From: an uncultured Planctomycetota bacterium
GTDB lineage: Bacteria > Planctomycetota > Planctomycetia > Pirellulales > Lacipirellulaceae
NCBI GenBank assembly: GCA_963719315.1
Contig: CAVRBU010000004.1
Span: 256,001-320,000, forward strand
Length of the DNA: 64,000 bases
Direction: 5' to 3'
Part shown: one piece after another, positions 1 through 11,481 of the stretch
Layout of the letters: each line of letters starts with the position of its first letter
How positions within the stretch are numbered: position 1 is the first letter of the stretch
Translations under genes and position numbers: made by a program
The notes under the pieces: model-generated
Databases searched by the model: none
The model's input: the letters and a program-made list of their open reading frames with translations, nothing else
Told to the model about the DNA's origin: nothing

Positions 1-1
1 G

Positions 2-442
2 ATATCGCCGATCGGCGGCCACGCGAATCGGTCCATGCACGTACAACGGATTCTTGCCAGTGTAGCGTGTGATATCAACTTTACCGGCGACGCCTTGAAG
101 GCCGCCGTCTTGCGTATCGGAGCACTCGCTGCGAAAGCGATGTATGCCAAGGATCGGCGAAGCATAGCGGGCCTTCCACACCTCGCCCCCCGCCCAGAAC
201 GCCGGAACCCGCAGCTCTTGACCGTGCGGATCGGTGAATACCACGTCTAGCGTCACCGTGTTAAACGGGTCTTCGTGCGCGCTCTTGGCGGCGAACGGCA
301 ACTCGATCATGACGTTTGCTTCAGTCTGCCGCGGCGTTTCATCCGCCCGCGCCGCGGCCATTGGCCGAGCGGCCAAGAGGATTGCGATCAACATCGTGCG
401 GATACGCGCACGCCGATGCAGCCAAGGCCGTAGAATGCACAT
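2..442 (-). CDS. DUF5060/DUF4038-like putative glycoside hydrolase, N-terminal part (runs off the window)
   Basis: Manual translation from ATG 442: signal-like segment, then DPFNTVTLDVVFTDPHGQELRVPAFWAGGEVWKARYAS...NPLYVHGPIRV, typical of DUF5060 N-termini. No stop before the window edge. Confidence 0.7.
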   Translation of the reverse strand, partial: MCILRPWLHRRARIRTMLIAILLAARPMAAARADETPRQTEANVMIELPFAAKSAHEDPFNTVTLDVVFTDPHGQELRVPAFWAGGEVWKARYASPILGIHRFRSECSDTQDGGLQGVAGKVDITRYTGKNPLYVHGPIRVAADRRY

Positions 443-671
443 GATCGAATTTCTCCAAAATCGAACGCCTTCGAATCCGCACATATTCGTGGCCCCAAAA
501 GCCGCGATAGCGGCAAGTGCGCATCGCGTCGAGCATGCGCAGCCGATCGCATTGTCATTTAGCGACGTTTGCAGGTGTTCTTGACGAGCGCCATCTATGT
601 GAAAGTGAGTTGGCTCGCCATCATCTGGTTATTTCTGCTCGCTAAGCGAAGGGACGAACCCAACCATCGCG

Positions 672-1706
672 CTAACCGCAAATCCGCTCCCATTTACGCT
701 GAAAGCCAGGCTGATTGAGCACTTGGGGATTCACGATGCCGCGGGGCGTACGCTTGAGCGAAAGGTCGACCATCCCTTGACAGGCGGCGCGACCCATATC
801 GCGAAACATTTCGTTGGTCCAAGCAATGCTGTGTGGCGCGAGCAAAACATTGTCGAACTCGCGAAACCGAGACGGTTCGACGAGCGGCTCCGTCGCGAAG
901 CAATCGATTGCTGCTCCGGCGATGCGGCCCTGTTTGAGCGATTCGTACAATGCATCCTCATCGACGATGCCGCCGCGGGCCGTGTTGATGAGGAATACGT
1001 CCGGCTTCATCAACGCGAGCTCGCGCTGGCCAATCAGTCCGCGCGTTTTGTCCGTTAGGGGACAATGAATCGAAACAAAGTCGCTCGTGCGCAAGACCTC
1101 ATCCATTTCAACCAACCGTACGCTCAACTTTTCAGCCGCAGCCCGGTCGGCGAACGGATCGAACGCGATCGGCGGCCGCATGCCCCAGCCAGCGAGCAGC
1201 TCGATCAGCTTCCGGGCGATGCCGCCGAGGCCGATGACTCCCAGCGTACGGTCGCGCAGTTCGCGGCCCATGTAGCGGCTCCGATCTTCCCACCTGGCTT
1301 CGCGAGCGAGGCGATCTTTCACGCTCATGTGATGCGTGAGCGCGATCATCCAGCCGACGGTAGCCTCGGCGACCGGGCGATCGACGGCCCCCACCGTGAT
1401 GCATACGAGTACGTCCGCGTCGGTGCAGGCTTGCACGTTCACTGAATCGTAACCGACGCCAAAGCGGCCCACCGCCAGTAAGTCGCCGGCGTCTGCTACC
1501 GTTTCGCGCGTGACCGATGGAGTGAGCACGATCACGCCGTTCGCGCCGGCGAGTTGATCGGCGCCGATTTGCGGCCGATGCTGGGCAAAAGGCCGGACGC
1601 TGATTTCCGGATGCTCCTCAAACGTGCTCAAGCCGAAATCGGAGAACTTCGGCTCGCCACTCGCGGTGTAAAAATCCGCCGTCAGTGCTACGTGGAACTT
1701 GCTCAA
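672..1706 (-). CDS. D-isomer-specific 2-hydroxyacid dehydrogenase (SerA-like)
   Basis: GVGYD, GVIGLGGIA Rossmann motif, SIHCPLT, INTARG, APHS catalytic motifs; TTG start. Confidence 0.9.
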   Translation of the reverse strand: MSKFHVALTADFYTASGEPKFSDFGLSTFEEHPEISVRPFAQHRPQIGADQLAGANGVIVLTPSVTRETVADAGDLLAVGRFGVGYDSVNVQACTDADVLVCITVGAVDRPVAEATVGWMIALTHHMSVKDRLAREARWEDRSRYMGRELRDRTLGVIGLGGIARKLIELLAGWGMRPPIAFDPFADRAAAEKLSVRLVEMDEVLRTSDFVSIHCPLTDKTRGLIGQRELALMKPDVFLINTARGGIVDEDALYESLKQGRIAGAAIDCFATEPLVEPSRFREFDNVLLAPHSIAWTNEMFRDMGRAACQGMVDLSLKRTPRGIVNPQVLNQPGFQRKWERICG

Positions 1707-1799
1707 AAGATAATCTCAATCGCGGCTAGGACTGCTGCGCAGAACGACTCCGACGTACAATACAGGGCAGCAATTGATCTGATGTGACGTACCATTCTG

Positions 1800-2999
1800 T
1801 CATTTCCACGGACTTCCCTCCACCGTCGCGTTGCGTTCGTCAACAACAATCCGTTTCGGTTCCGGTCCGGCATAAACCCAGATCATCGCCATCGGCCGGT
1901 CGGATTCGTTGATAAAATAATGCACGCGGCCGCGGGGCTGGAGCGCCGTAGAATATCCGGTCATCGAGTAGCGTCGCCCTTCGACGACACATTGTGCCGT
2001 GCCATCGACGATGCAAATGCTTTCGTCGAAATCGTGAAAGTGCGCCAGCAGCCGGCCGCCGGGGTGGAACTCGCCATAGCCGCCGCTCATTTCGATTCCC
2101 GGCATCAAGTCTTCGTTAAAGAAGTCGATGAACGCGGCGCCCGATCCGGCGTCGAATCGTTCGGCTGTTGCAAATCGATTCACGCGTTCCAAGCCAGGCG
2201 TGCACGGTCCGATAGAGTCATCCGGCATCGGCCGTGGTGGATAGATCGGTTCCACAAGTTCGCGCGACGGCGCGTCCGTCGGAAACGTCACGTGAAACAG
2301 TGCCTCTCGATCCGGCGAAGCGTTTTCCACGCCGTGCGGCACGCCCGGGGGAATCGCGACATTGTCGAATCGTTGCAAACGGTAGCGGCGGCCCTCAACG
2401 TCCACTATCGCCGCGCCTTCAAGCAGCGTTATCGATTCCGTCGTCGGATGGCGATGATACGCCAGTCTCACCGCCGGCGCGAATCGCACGACGCCCGTCG
2501 TGAGGTCTTTGGATTGATTGTGTACGCCAACCAGAGCTTCAAACACTACGCCTGGTTGGATATCGATCTTGTTTCCGCTCCCGAAATTGGTTATCGCCTC
2601 GGGCCGATCCGGCCGGAACGACTCCGAGGGCCGATCGAGTGGCGCGGCTTTGGGCGGCTTGTCGCTCGGTGTGAACGATGCATTCATTGCCCGGTCGCGT
2701 ACCACGGTTCCCAGCAACGTATGCAGACCTCTCAGCAAGAATCCGCAATCCGAGCCCAGGCCAATCGTGCGGAAGCCTTGGTCGCGGCGTTCGATGAGAT
2801 TCGCTTCGCTGCTGGCAACCACGCCACAGTACTTGCCCGCGCGCGTAATCGCATCCTTTTTATCCAGCAACTGCTTGGCGACTCCGGGCCCTTCCCATTG
2901 GCCCGCAAAGCCAGCCGAACTCGAATAGTCTGCCGGACCGAAGAGAAACAGTTTCACGGCAAGTTTTTGCGTCAGTTTTTTGATTGCGTTCGATTTCAT
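1800..2999 (-). CDS. Internally deleted HpcH/HpaI aldolase-like fragment fused to two cupin domains
   Basis: FGPADYS...GQWEGPGV...GLGSD is the HpcH C-terminal part. Cupin motifs HRHPTTE...H and HFHDFDE...H follow. Confidence 0.75.
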   Translation of the reverse strand: MKSNAIKKLTQKLAVKLFLFGPADYSSSAGFAGQWEGPGVAKQLLDKKDAITRAGKYCGVVASSEANLIERRDQGFRTIGLGSDCGFLLRGLHTLLGTVVRDRAMNASFTPSDKPPKAAPLDRPSESFRPDRPEAITNFGSGNKIDIQPGVVFEALVGVHNQSKDLTTGVVRFAPAVRLAYHRHPTTESITLLEGAAIVDVEGRRYRLQRFDNVAIPPGVPHGVENASPDREALFHVTFPTDAPSRELVEPIYPPRPMPDDSIGPCTPGLERVNRFATAERFDAGSGAAFIDFFNEDLMPGIEMSGGYGEFHPGGRLLAHFHDFDESICIVDGTAQCVVEGRRYSMTGYSTALQPRGRVHYFINESDRPMAMIWVYAGPEPKRIVVDERNATVEGSPWK

Positions 3000-3032
3000 C
3001 GGTTGATTGACAGCGTCGAGTCAGCGCTTTGA

Positions 3033-4529
3033 TTAATTGCGATCGGGCCGGATCTCGCTCGTGCTGGCGTCGATTCTGTCGTTTGTCGTTGCCGTTCTAA
3101 TTGTAAACAAATCGGCGTCCCGCAACACTACGTGAAAACGGACTGGCTTCCCCTTCAACTCAATTAAATCGCGCTTCGATTTCCACGTTACAACGGCATC
3201 CAGTTCGTCGCCAAAGAGTTCCTCCATGTCCGCCAACGCACAACCCGGTATAGCAGAGCCCTTCGCGTCCTGGATTTCAACTCGCAGGCCGCCGGCGGCC
3301 GATGTGGCGTAATTGAGAATAAGTCGATCGCCACCAAATGTTAGCGCGCGAGTCGTGAATTCGCCGCCAGCATGGCCGGCATGCACCGAGGCGAACCCGT
3401 GCCGGCGGATAGTTACGCGGCGCAGGCGATTGTCCGGCCAGCGGTAGTGTTCGCTCACATACATCGAGAATTCGTCAGGGCTGGTTTGCACAATGCCCCA
3501 GGCGGGCATGTTGCTGCGATCCGTCCAATTCTGTCGGTCTGGCCCCGGACGGATCCAGGCTTCTAAAAAGGTGCGATCCCAATTCCGCCCGTCGCGACTG
3601 CTCATGAAAAGTGCATCGGATGTTCCGGGTTCCTTGTACTCGGTGACTTTTCTCCTCTTAGGTATGAACCGCATCGGAAATGCCAGGTAGTGATGCGGCG
3701 CACCGGGACATAGCACGGTCGCATTCGTGTAGAAGTGTTCTTTGGGCACGCCCTCGGCGTAGTGGTTCGGCACGGGATCACTCCAATTCAGAAAATCCTC
3801 CGATTGGCTATTTTGAATAGCGCGGAAGCCGCCGTAACCACCCTGATCAAAATACCGCGAGTAAGCTCGGTAACAACGGGCGTTCTGGTCCCAAAACGCT
3901 AGATTAAGCGAGTCGAACGTCCCTTTGGTCGTTACGGGCTCGGACTGCATTTTCTTCCAACGTATGCCGTCGGGCGAGCAAAACGCAAATAACTTGCTTT
4001 CCAATCCTCCTAAAGCCTTATAGCGTTCCTCCGACTTGACGGCCGGGTTCGAGTCCAAGAATGGCGCAAAATTGTGTGATGCCACGCCCGCTAAGACAAC
4101 ATTGTTCTCTTTTGATCCATTGACCTCGTGGAGGCCCAGGTTTGGCCGATCGAAGTGAATGCCGTCCGCGCTCTCCGCGTAGCACGTCACTTGCTCTTCC
4201 GAGTTATCAACCTTAGCTCTCGAGCCGCGGTAATAGAGCCGAAACCGCGCTCCGTCCTGCAAGATCGTGTAGTAGGCGCTTTCGGGACCTTCGCACGGTT
4301 TGTCGGCGGTGAGGACAATTTCGCGCCGCACCGGCGTTTGCAACACCAGCGAAATGTCGCGGCTAAGGGCTGGTTCGATCAATCGATCATCGACAAACAT
4401 TTCCACGCGCGTGCCGATATCAATCGGCGGAACCGATCCTTGCTCCGACCATGCCGGACGGACGTTGGTCGACCAAACGCTGGTCCAGATCATCAGGCAG
4501 AGCAAATAATTGTGGAATCGCATGGTCAT
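3033..4529 (-). CDS. Secreted beta-propeller glycoside-hydrolase-like protein
   Basis: Signal peptide; repeated Asp-box-like motifs (SADGIHF, SPDGIRW, SEDFLNW, SRDGRNW); C-terminal GEFTT...LNYATSAAGGLRVEI domain. Confidence 0.7.
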   Translation of the reverse strand: MTMRFHNYLLCLMIWTSVWSTNVRPAWSEQGSVPPIDIGTRVEMFVDDRLIEPALSRDISLVLQTPVRREIVLTADKPCEGPESAYYTILQDGARFRLYYRGSRAKVDNSEEQVTCYAESADGIHFDRPNLGLHEVNGSKENNVVLAGVASHNFAPFLDSNPAVKSEERYKALGGLESKLFAFCSPDGIRWKKMQSEPVTTKGTFDSLNLAFWDQNARCYRAYSRYFDQGGYGGFRAIQNSQSEDFLNWSDPVPNHYAEGVPKEHFYTNATVLCPGAPHHYLAFPMRFIPKRRKVTEYKEPGTSDALFMSSRDGRNWDRTFLEAWIRPGPDRQNWTDRSNMPAWGIVQTSPDEFSMYVSEHYRWPDNRLRRVTIRRHGFASVHAGHAGGEFTTRALTFGGDRLILNYATSAAGGLRVEIQDAKGSAIPGCALADMEELFGDELDAVVTWKSKRDLIELKGKPVRFHVVLRDADLFTIRTATTNDRIDASTSEIRPDRN

Positions 4530-4533
4530 CGTT

Positions 4534-5136
4534 TTATCGATCCGTTGCCCGAGGTACTGGAAGATTCATGATCTTTGCATCCGCGACGCGAAATGAATAC
4601 AGCCGGCTGCGTCAAATCGTGAATCGAAGTTGTATTTGCCGGCCTTGCAAGCTACCGAGATAACCCTCGGTTACCCAGCGAACCCAGCCGTCGTCCTGCG
4701 ATCCCAGCGTATCGGCCGAAACTAGTTTACACGACGCGGCCTCAAATCCTCTGATCGGCGTCCTCGTAAGATTTGCCACCTCGATAGGACTCTGATTCTC
4801 CAGCCGAAACGCCGCAGGTACTTTTCCCTGCCCATCAATCTCTGGCTGGGCGCCTTCGCCATAGTGATCAATTACGATGGGCTGCCCTTCACGGCCAGAA
4901 CTGCGCGGTTGGAGCGCGCCTTCCCATTTGCGACCGGCGCATAGCAAGAGTCGATCGCCCGGCTGATGGGTTTCTTGATTGACGCGTTCCAGCGACCGAC
5001 ACGCAGTCGTAGCGGCGGTGCCGTTGTGCGCATCGTCACCCGACTTGCTGTCCACGTAGTACGTAACACCAACGGCCTCTGCCACGCACGCTTGCATAAG
5101 CAATATCAAACTCGCGAATCTCAACGCCGCGTACAT
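4534..5136 (-). pseudogene. Chimeric remnant: beta-helix protein N-terminus joined to the C-terminus of a GH-like protein, with an internal stop
   Basis: TYYVDSKSGDDAHNG...QPGDRLLL...PIVIDHYGEG, then PIRGF...LQGRQIQLRFTI*RSRLYSFRV. TGA at 4612-4614 interrupts the motif; the frame continues to TAA at 4534. Confidence 0.65.
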
Positions 5137-5519
5137 CGATTTCTTCTCGCAATGCCACACATCGAAATTAAGAGCAACCGATTGTGGATGGCACGCATAA
5201 ACGGTCAAATCAATACGATCGCAGCCAGGCGTAACACTCGTGCCACTGCCAGTTGTACGTGTTGTCAAACGACGATCGCCCGATCCGCGCGCCGTTCAGG
5301 TATACCCAATAATTCCGTCAGTCCCATTGGTAGCAGCCGCCGTACAAGAAAATCACGCTATCAACATTCAAATAGCTTATGGCGTACTTGGTTGCATGAA
5401 TTAAGGGTTCTCGGGAAATCATTCTCGCATGTCGTTGCGGTGAGGTCGAGTTCCGCCCAATTTTTTGGAATTGCACCGCCGGCGGGCTAAACTAGGCTTT
5501 GTCTCAATACAAGGTTCCG

Positions 5520-5546
5520 CTGCTAACAAGTTAGCAGATGGCATCC
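5520..5546. repeat. REP-like palindrome CTGCTAACAAGTTAGCAG (partial partner at 5240-5256)
   Basis: The 18-bp core is the exact reverse complement of 16700-16717. It is followed by ATGGCATCC, resembling the CAGCAGTGGCAC end at 16832-16843. Confidence 0.6.
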
Positions 5547-5574
5547 CTCGCGCTTCTCACATTCAGTATCCATC

Positions 5575-6306
5575 ATGAAAACAATTGCATTCGTCTACGC
5601 TATCCTATTCGCGTCACCCACCTTCGCCGCCGCCTCCGGCCACAAGACGCCCGACCAACTCCGCGCCGCTGGCTTTATCCCCCTCGCCCCGGATGATTCG
5701 CTCGACGAGTGGGACTTGAATCCCTGGCACAATGGACACTGGACGATCGAGGGCGGCGTCATCAGCTACGACGGCCGCGGAGAGAACAAAGACTTCCAGA
5801 AAAACTCGCTGTGGACCAAACAGGATTTCGGCAACTTGGAGATGTACGCCGAATGGCGTCTGCCCGAAACGCCCAAGATGCGGCCGCACCCCATCGTCCT
5901 GTACGACGGCGACTTTCTGATGGACGAGAACAACCATCGCGTCACGCGGCCCCACCTCGACGCCGGCGACAGCGGTCTGATGTTCCGGGGCACCTCCAAA
6001 TGCCAGGCCAACATCTGGAGCCAGGAACTCGGCTCCGGCGAAATCAACGGCTACCGCACCGACCACAAAATGCCGCAAGCGGTCCGCCGCGCCTGCATCC
6101 CGATCAAAAACGCCGACCGCCCGCTTGGCGAATGGAACACATTCCTCATCACTCTCCAAGGCGACCGCATGACCGTCGACACCAATGGCGAACGAGTTAT
6201 CGACGCGGCCGAACTCCCCGACCTTCCCAAAACCGGGCCGATCGGCCTCCAACACCACGGCAGCCCCGTCCAATTCCGCCAACTTTGGGTGAGGCCGCAC
6301 AAGTAG
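5575..6306 (+). CDS. DUF1080 (3-keto-disaccharide hydrolase-like) secreted protein
   Basis: Signal peptide; DSGLMFRG, GEWNTFLI, GPIGLQHHG, VQFRQLWVR motifs. Confidence 0.85.
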   Translation: MKTIAFVYAILFASPTFAAASGHKTPDQLRAAGFIPLAPDDSLDEWDLNPWHNGHWTIEGGVISYDGRGENKDFQKNSLWTKQDFGNLEMYAEWRLPETPKMRPHPIVLYDGDFLMDENNHRVTRPHLDAGDSGLMFRGTSKCQANIWSQELGSGEINGYRTDHKMPQAVRRACIPIKNADRPLGEWNTFLITLQGDRMTVDTNGERVIDAAELPDLPKTGPIGLQHHGSPVQFRQLWVRPHK

Positions 6307-6640
6307 CTGTTACGAGCCGAATGGCGCTCCGTTTCTGAGCCCTTTCCCAGCTCGCAGAAAGGCAGTGCAGGAACAGCTTCTCAATGCACCGAACGGTTTG
6401 ACTACTGAATACCGTCGAGCAATATTGCTGGCAAAATGAGCTGCGAGAAACAATAATCGCACCGTTCCCGGATTTACGAAACTTGATCCTCAGAAATGGA
6501 CGTCTGCGCGGAGCGAGCAATTTCAACCGGCGACCGCTGACATGGGCGTCAGAAAAAAAGAATTCCTCCGTTACCTCTGTTGCCTCCTGTTCAACTTCTG
6601 GCCCGGCAAAACTTGAACGGGAAAGCCTAGGAAGTGCCTT

Positions 6641-8020
6641 TCAGCACTCGATAACCGCCACCGCCAACCCGCCGCGCGAAGTCTCCTTGTACTTCGTAAG
6701 CATGTCGCGGCCAGTTTCGCGCATCGTGCGGATCACGCGATCGAGCGACACGCGGTGCTGGCCGTCGCTGCGTAGCGCCATTCGCGAGGCGTTGATGGCT
6801 TTCACCGCCGCCATCGCGCAACGTTCGATGCACGGAACTTGAACCAGCCCGCCGATTGGATCGCAGGTGAGGCCGAGGTTATGCTCCATGCCGATTTCGG
6901 CCGCCATTTCGACCTGCGGCACGCTGCCACCGAGGATTTCGGTGAGCGCGCCGGCCGCCATCGAGCAAGCGACGCCCACCTCACCCTGGCAGCCGACTTC
7001 CGCGCCGGAGAGTGATGCATTGAGCTTGTATAAAATGCCAATCGCGCCAGCCGTGAGCAAAAATCGCACGATGCCGTCGTCGTTCGCATCGGAGACAAAC
7101 CGCCAATAGTAATGCAGCACGGCCGGGATGATGCCGGCCGCCCCGTTGGTTGGCGCGGTCACGACGCGGCCACCCGCGGCGTTTTCCTCGCTCACCGCGA
7201 GCGCGAACAAATCGACCCAATCGATCGCGGCGAGCGGGTCGCGAATTGCGTTCTCGTCGCGAGTCGAAAGTTTCCGAAAGAGCTCCGGCGCGCGGCGGCG
7301 AACCTTCAAGCCGCCCGGCAGAATTCCTTCTTGCCGATAACCCCGTTCGACGCATGCTTGCATCACGTGCCAGCGCTCGAGCAAGCCGGCGTGGATTTCT
7401 GCATCGCTCCGCCACACGCGTTCGTTGGCCAGCGTCATCTGGCTGATCGACAGACCGGTTTCGCTCGCCATCCGCAGAAGGTCGTCGCCCGTCTTGTAAG
7501 GGTAGGGGAGCCTCGTTTCGTCGTGTGAGAATTGGTCGGCGTCCGCATCAATTTCATCAACGACGAATCCGCCGCCGACCGAGAAGCACGTGTATTCCAG
7601 CAGTGTGTTGCCGGCCGAATCTCTTGCCGTGAAGCGCATGCCGTTCGGATGCTGCGGCAACGACTCCTTGCGCAGGAACAAAAGGTGTTTGTCTTCAATA
7701 AAGGGAACGGTCGGCCCGTCGCCCAGCTTCAATCGGCCAGTTTCGCGAATGGCGGCCACCCGCGACTCGACTTCGTCCGGATCGATCTCTTCAGGGGTAG
7801 CGCCTTCGAGACCAAGCATTATGGCCTTATCGGTGCCGTGCCCCTTGCCCGTAAGGGCGAGCGAGCCATACAGCCGCACCTCGACTTCGGCACATTCGTC
7901 AAGCTTTTGAGCCGCCCGCAGCCGAAGGATAAACTGCCACGCCGCCCGCATTGGCCCAATCGAATGCGAACTCGAAGGGCCGATGCCAATCGTGAATAAG
8001 TTGAAGACGCTGATCGCCAT
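6641..8020 (-). CDS. sdaA: L-serine ammonia-lyase (Fe-S type)
   Basis: [72 protein letters not shown]. Confidence 0.97.
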   Translation of the reverse strand: MAISVFNLFTIGIGPSSSHSIGPMRAAWQFILRLRAAQKLDECAEVEVRLYGSLALTGKGHGTDKAIMLGLEGATPEEIDPDEVESRVAAIRETGRLKLGDGPTVPFIEDKHLLFLRKESLPQHPNGMRFTARDSAGNTLLEYTCFSVGGGFVVDEIDADADQFSHDETRLPYPYKTGDDLLRMASETGLSISQMTLANERVWRSDAEIHAGLLERWHVMQACVERGYRQEGILPGGLKVRRRAPELFRKLSTRDENAIRDPLAAIDWVDLFALAVSEENAAGGRVVTAPTNGAAGIIPAVLHYYWRFVSDANDDGIVRFLLTAGAIGILYKLNASLSGAEVGCQGEVGVACSMAAGALTEILGGSVPQVEMAAEIGMEHNLGLTCDPIGGLVQVPCIERCAMAAVKAINASRMALRSDGQHRVSLDRVIRTMRETGRDMLTKYKETSRGGLAVAVIEC

Positions 8021-8152
8021 CGAGTAAGCCGCGTTCGCAGGTTGAGATTATGGTCATTATTTCGCAGTGGACCACGCCGCTTCATTCTAATACGAACCGC
8101 ACTTCATTGAATTGACATGCCGCTCGCTCGCAAAAACGGCTGAAAACGAAAA

Positions 8153-11100
8153 CCTACTTGGACTTCTGATGACCCTGGAACCATTGCCAATCGCGCTGGG
8201 CACGCTCGGCCAGCGGATGTTTGACCGTCGCATATGTGTCCGCGCAATTTTAGGATGTCGGCAATCCAAGGGATATGCGGCTCCAGTTCGGCCAACGCTT
8301 CGACGACTTCACTCGGTCCCAATTCTGCCGCCACAAGAACGCGAGCGCGCTGCCGCGCGTAATTGATTCGATCGGATGCAAATTGCCGCGACAATAAGGA
8401 ATACAACCGCTGGGCGGCAGTTTTGTCGCTATGTGCTACATCTACTGCCTCTGTGAACGGCATTTCGGAAATGGCAGAGAGGAGCCAAGGGCTGTCGGCC
8501 AGCAACGAGAAATACGCGTCGAGTGCTTTGGCCGCCTGTGCAATGTTGTTGGAGCGACAATAATAAATCGCGCGAATCGCGGCCGAATCAATTGGGTATC
8601 GCTGTTGGGCCGGCGACACCAGGTCGAGACATTCTGGCCGCCTTTGTTCGGCATAAGCTCGAGCCAGTAGCAAGCGCAGTAGAGGATCGGTGGGGTTGCG
8701 ATACTCGGCCGGCCAAACATGCACTGCGCCTGCGAAATCTCCGTTTCGAAATCTGTTTAAGGCTTCAACCAAGGATTGGTCGGCCGCCTGCGGCAATAGC
8801 GCATACGACAACTCACCGCTCAGGACCAGGTTCGATATTTGTCGTCGGATTTCAACCCGATTCCAATCGAGTTTGCCCTCGACCTGAGGGCGATGAAATC
8901 CTGCGCCTTTCAGGCGATCTCGCAAGATTTCGATGGAGAAAGGAGTTCGGTGACCGACCGTTTTCGCGAAGCTGTATTCCAGAATCGTGCGGTCGTCTGT
9001 GTTGAGTTCGACGAGAGGCACCTGTGCGACGGCGTCAACATATTGCGAGCTCGCCACGAAGTGCGCCATGAACCCCTCCAGATCATCGACGTACCAGGTT
9101 TTTGCCAGCGCCTCCTGAACGGCGCCCGAACCGATGCGGGCGCGAAGCTCGTCTGCTGAATACACGATCGGCGTATCGGAACAGACCAATTGCAAGTCAA
9201 CGCCCATTGTCTGCCAAACTTCGACGTGGTTGAACGCGGCACGTGCAGTTTTCAGCACGGTGAGCACCGCCGCATCGTCCACTTCGTACGCCTGCAGCCA
9301 TTGGACAAAGATTCCACCCGGGTTCAGCCGTTGGCGGGCGGCTTCATAAAACTCCGTGGTGTACAGCGCGGCGACGCCAGCCCGATAGGGATTCGAGGGT
9401 TCAGAGAATATCAAATCGTACTTATTGGATGTGGTGAACACATATTCGCGGCCATCGGCATAGATGCGATGCACGCGCGGATGATGCAGAGACGTCCCAA
9501 TTCAACTCGTGGCAGCGCGACGCCATCTCGTCAATGGCGGGTTCGAGCTCGACGACATCGACATGCTCGATCCCACGCATTTCGGCGAGCCAACCGGCGG
9601 ATTCGCCGGTTCCCAGTCCGATCACCAGTGCCGATTTCGGATCTTTATGAAGCACAGCACCGAGCGTCGGTGCGCCGATTTGCGTCGCAGCGTCTCTCAG
9701 CGCGTTCCCATCGTTTTTGCCATTCACTACGAAGGCCAAACCGTCTTCGCTATCGATCCCGATGCTACTCTCGACGCCGTCGGCCTCCCAAACCAGATTG
9801 TGACGTTTCTTGTTGAGCCACAGTTGAATATCGTTGGGATCGAACGCGGAAATCCCAGCCCGGCCGCTGCCAATCCTGCCGTGTCTCCAGGCGGCCGTCG
9901 GCCCGTCGGCCAGCATGGAGCCAAATGTTGCCAGCGTGAGACCCAGCACGATCATTACGGCGCTACGGCTAACTTGCGGCGCACCAAAGAGAATTAGAAC
10001 CGAAAGGAGAGCGAGCAGGCCCGCAATCGCCTGCCACAGACCGGGCGCGCTCAACAGCGGCATCGCTCCGAACCCCGCGACGAGCGAGCCGGCGATCGCG
10101 CCCGAAGTGTTCCAGGCATACGTTCGCCCCAGATGCTCGCTCACCGTTCGTCGGCTGTGGCCCAGCAAGCCCGTGAGCAGCGGAAACTGCAAGCCGCTGA
10201 TGAATGCAACCGGAAAAACTGTGATGCAGATAATGAAGCTCCAACCATACACCAAATCGAGGAAACTCGTCGCCAACTCCGCTTGCCGAGCGGCCATGAG
10301 AGCCAGTCGGTCTCCCAGAACGAATGGAACCATGATGAGCAGCGCTTCACACCCACACGTCACGGCGAGGGCGGACCAACTGGGTCTCATTCGCTTGAAC
10401 ACCAGATTGTAAGCAATGCCGCCGATGCCAATGCCCAGCAAGGCCCAACACAGAATCAAGCCAAATGTAAACGCCGTGCCGCCGAGGATCGGCGCCAACA
10501 TGCGATACCACACGAGTTCGAGTGCAAAAAACGCGAAGCCGAGCACGGCCGCGATCGCGTAGATCAGCCAGGGTCGCGTGCCGATCGAGTCAATCACCTC
10601 GGCGGGCGCCGGCCCAGTGGCCGGGGTATCGATTTCAGTCTCGTTGTCCAAGTTGGAAATCGGGTGCAACCGGCGCGATAGGCCGATTGCGATCGTGCCA
10701 ACGACAAGCCCGATCGCACAGCCTAGCCACAATGTGGCACAAGTTCCAAGACTCTCCAACGCAAAGAGCGTGGCGCCCGCAGCCCCGACGACAGCCCCTA
10801 GCGTGTTTGCGCCGTAGAGCAGACCTAAGGCGCGCCGATTTACGTCGGCGACAGATGTGACAGCGCGGACCGCCGCCGGGAGCGTTCCGCCCATCAAAAA
10901 CGATGGAATAGCCATCACCACGGCAGCGAGTGCCAGCCGCAAAGCTGTTGCCCCGACGAATCCCAACGACTCTTGGCCACCCAATCCAATGTAGATCGAT
11001 CCGCCGAACGCCATGAGCCAAGGACTCACGGCAACGCTCAGCGCGATCCCCGCTTCCAATGCCCCATACATGAACAGCGGATTTGCCGCGCGGTCAGCGC

Positions 11101-11329
11101 GCTTTCCCAGAACGGCGCTGCCGATACCGAGCCCCGCCATGAAGATTGCGAGGACCGCCGCAACGGCGGCCGTCGTCGCACCGAACACGAGCCGCAACTC
11201 GCGCATCCACGCGATTTAGAAGACGAGTGCGGAACAGCCGGAAAAGAACACCAACGGCGCGACGTGAACTACACTCAGCCGGGAACTCGACGGGAACTTA
11301 CTGGACGCTGCATTTTTCGCGACGCCCAT
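8153..11329 (-). pseudogene. Membrane-fused spermidine-synthase-like protein, disrupted
   Basis: Continuous homology across three ORFs. In-frame TAA at 11216-11218 (ALVF*IAWMREL), +1 shift near 9490 (NWDV/LHHPRVHRI), probable shift near 8240. Motifs LVIGLGTG, VVELEP, YDLIFSEPSNP. Confidence 0.8.
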
Positions 11330-11481
11330 TCGCAGGCGTTTGCCTCGGCGTTTCGTCGATCGGCCGGCCAGTGTCAGACTCCAAGACGTACGAGCAATCG
11401 CCCTGCTCACGTCGCCGTTGGTACAGCTTCCCGGAATTACCGCGAAGGCGATCTGTCAAGCATTCGTGAGGATCGAAAAGA

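Noticed and set aside
5614..6300. Antisense ORF to the DUF1080 gene (likewise 1920-3032, 27915-29036, 33467-34696)
   Set aside because: Antisense frames are kept open by codon bias; no independent coding signal.
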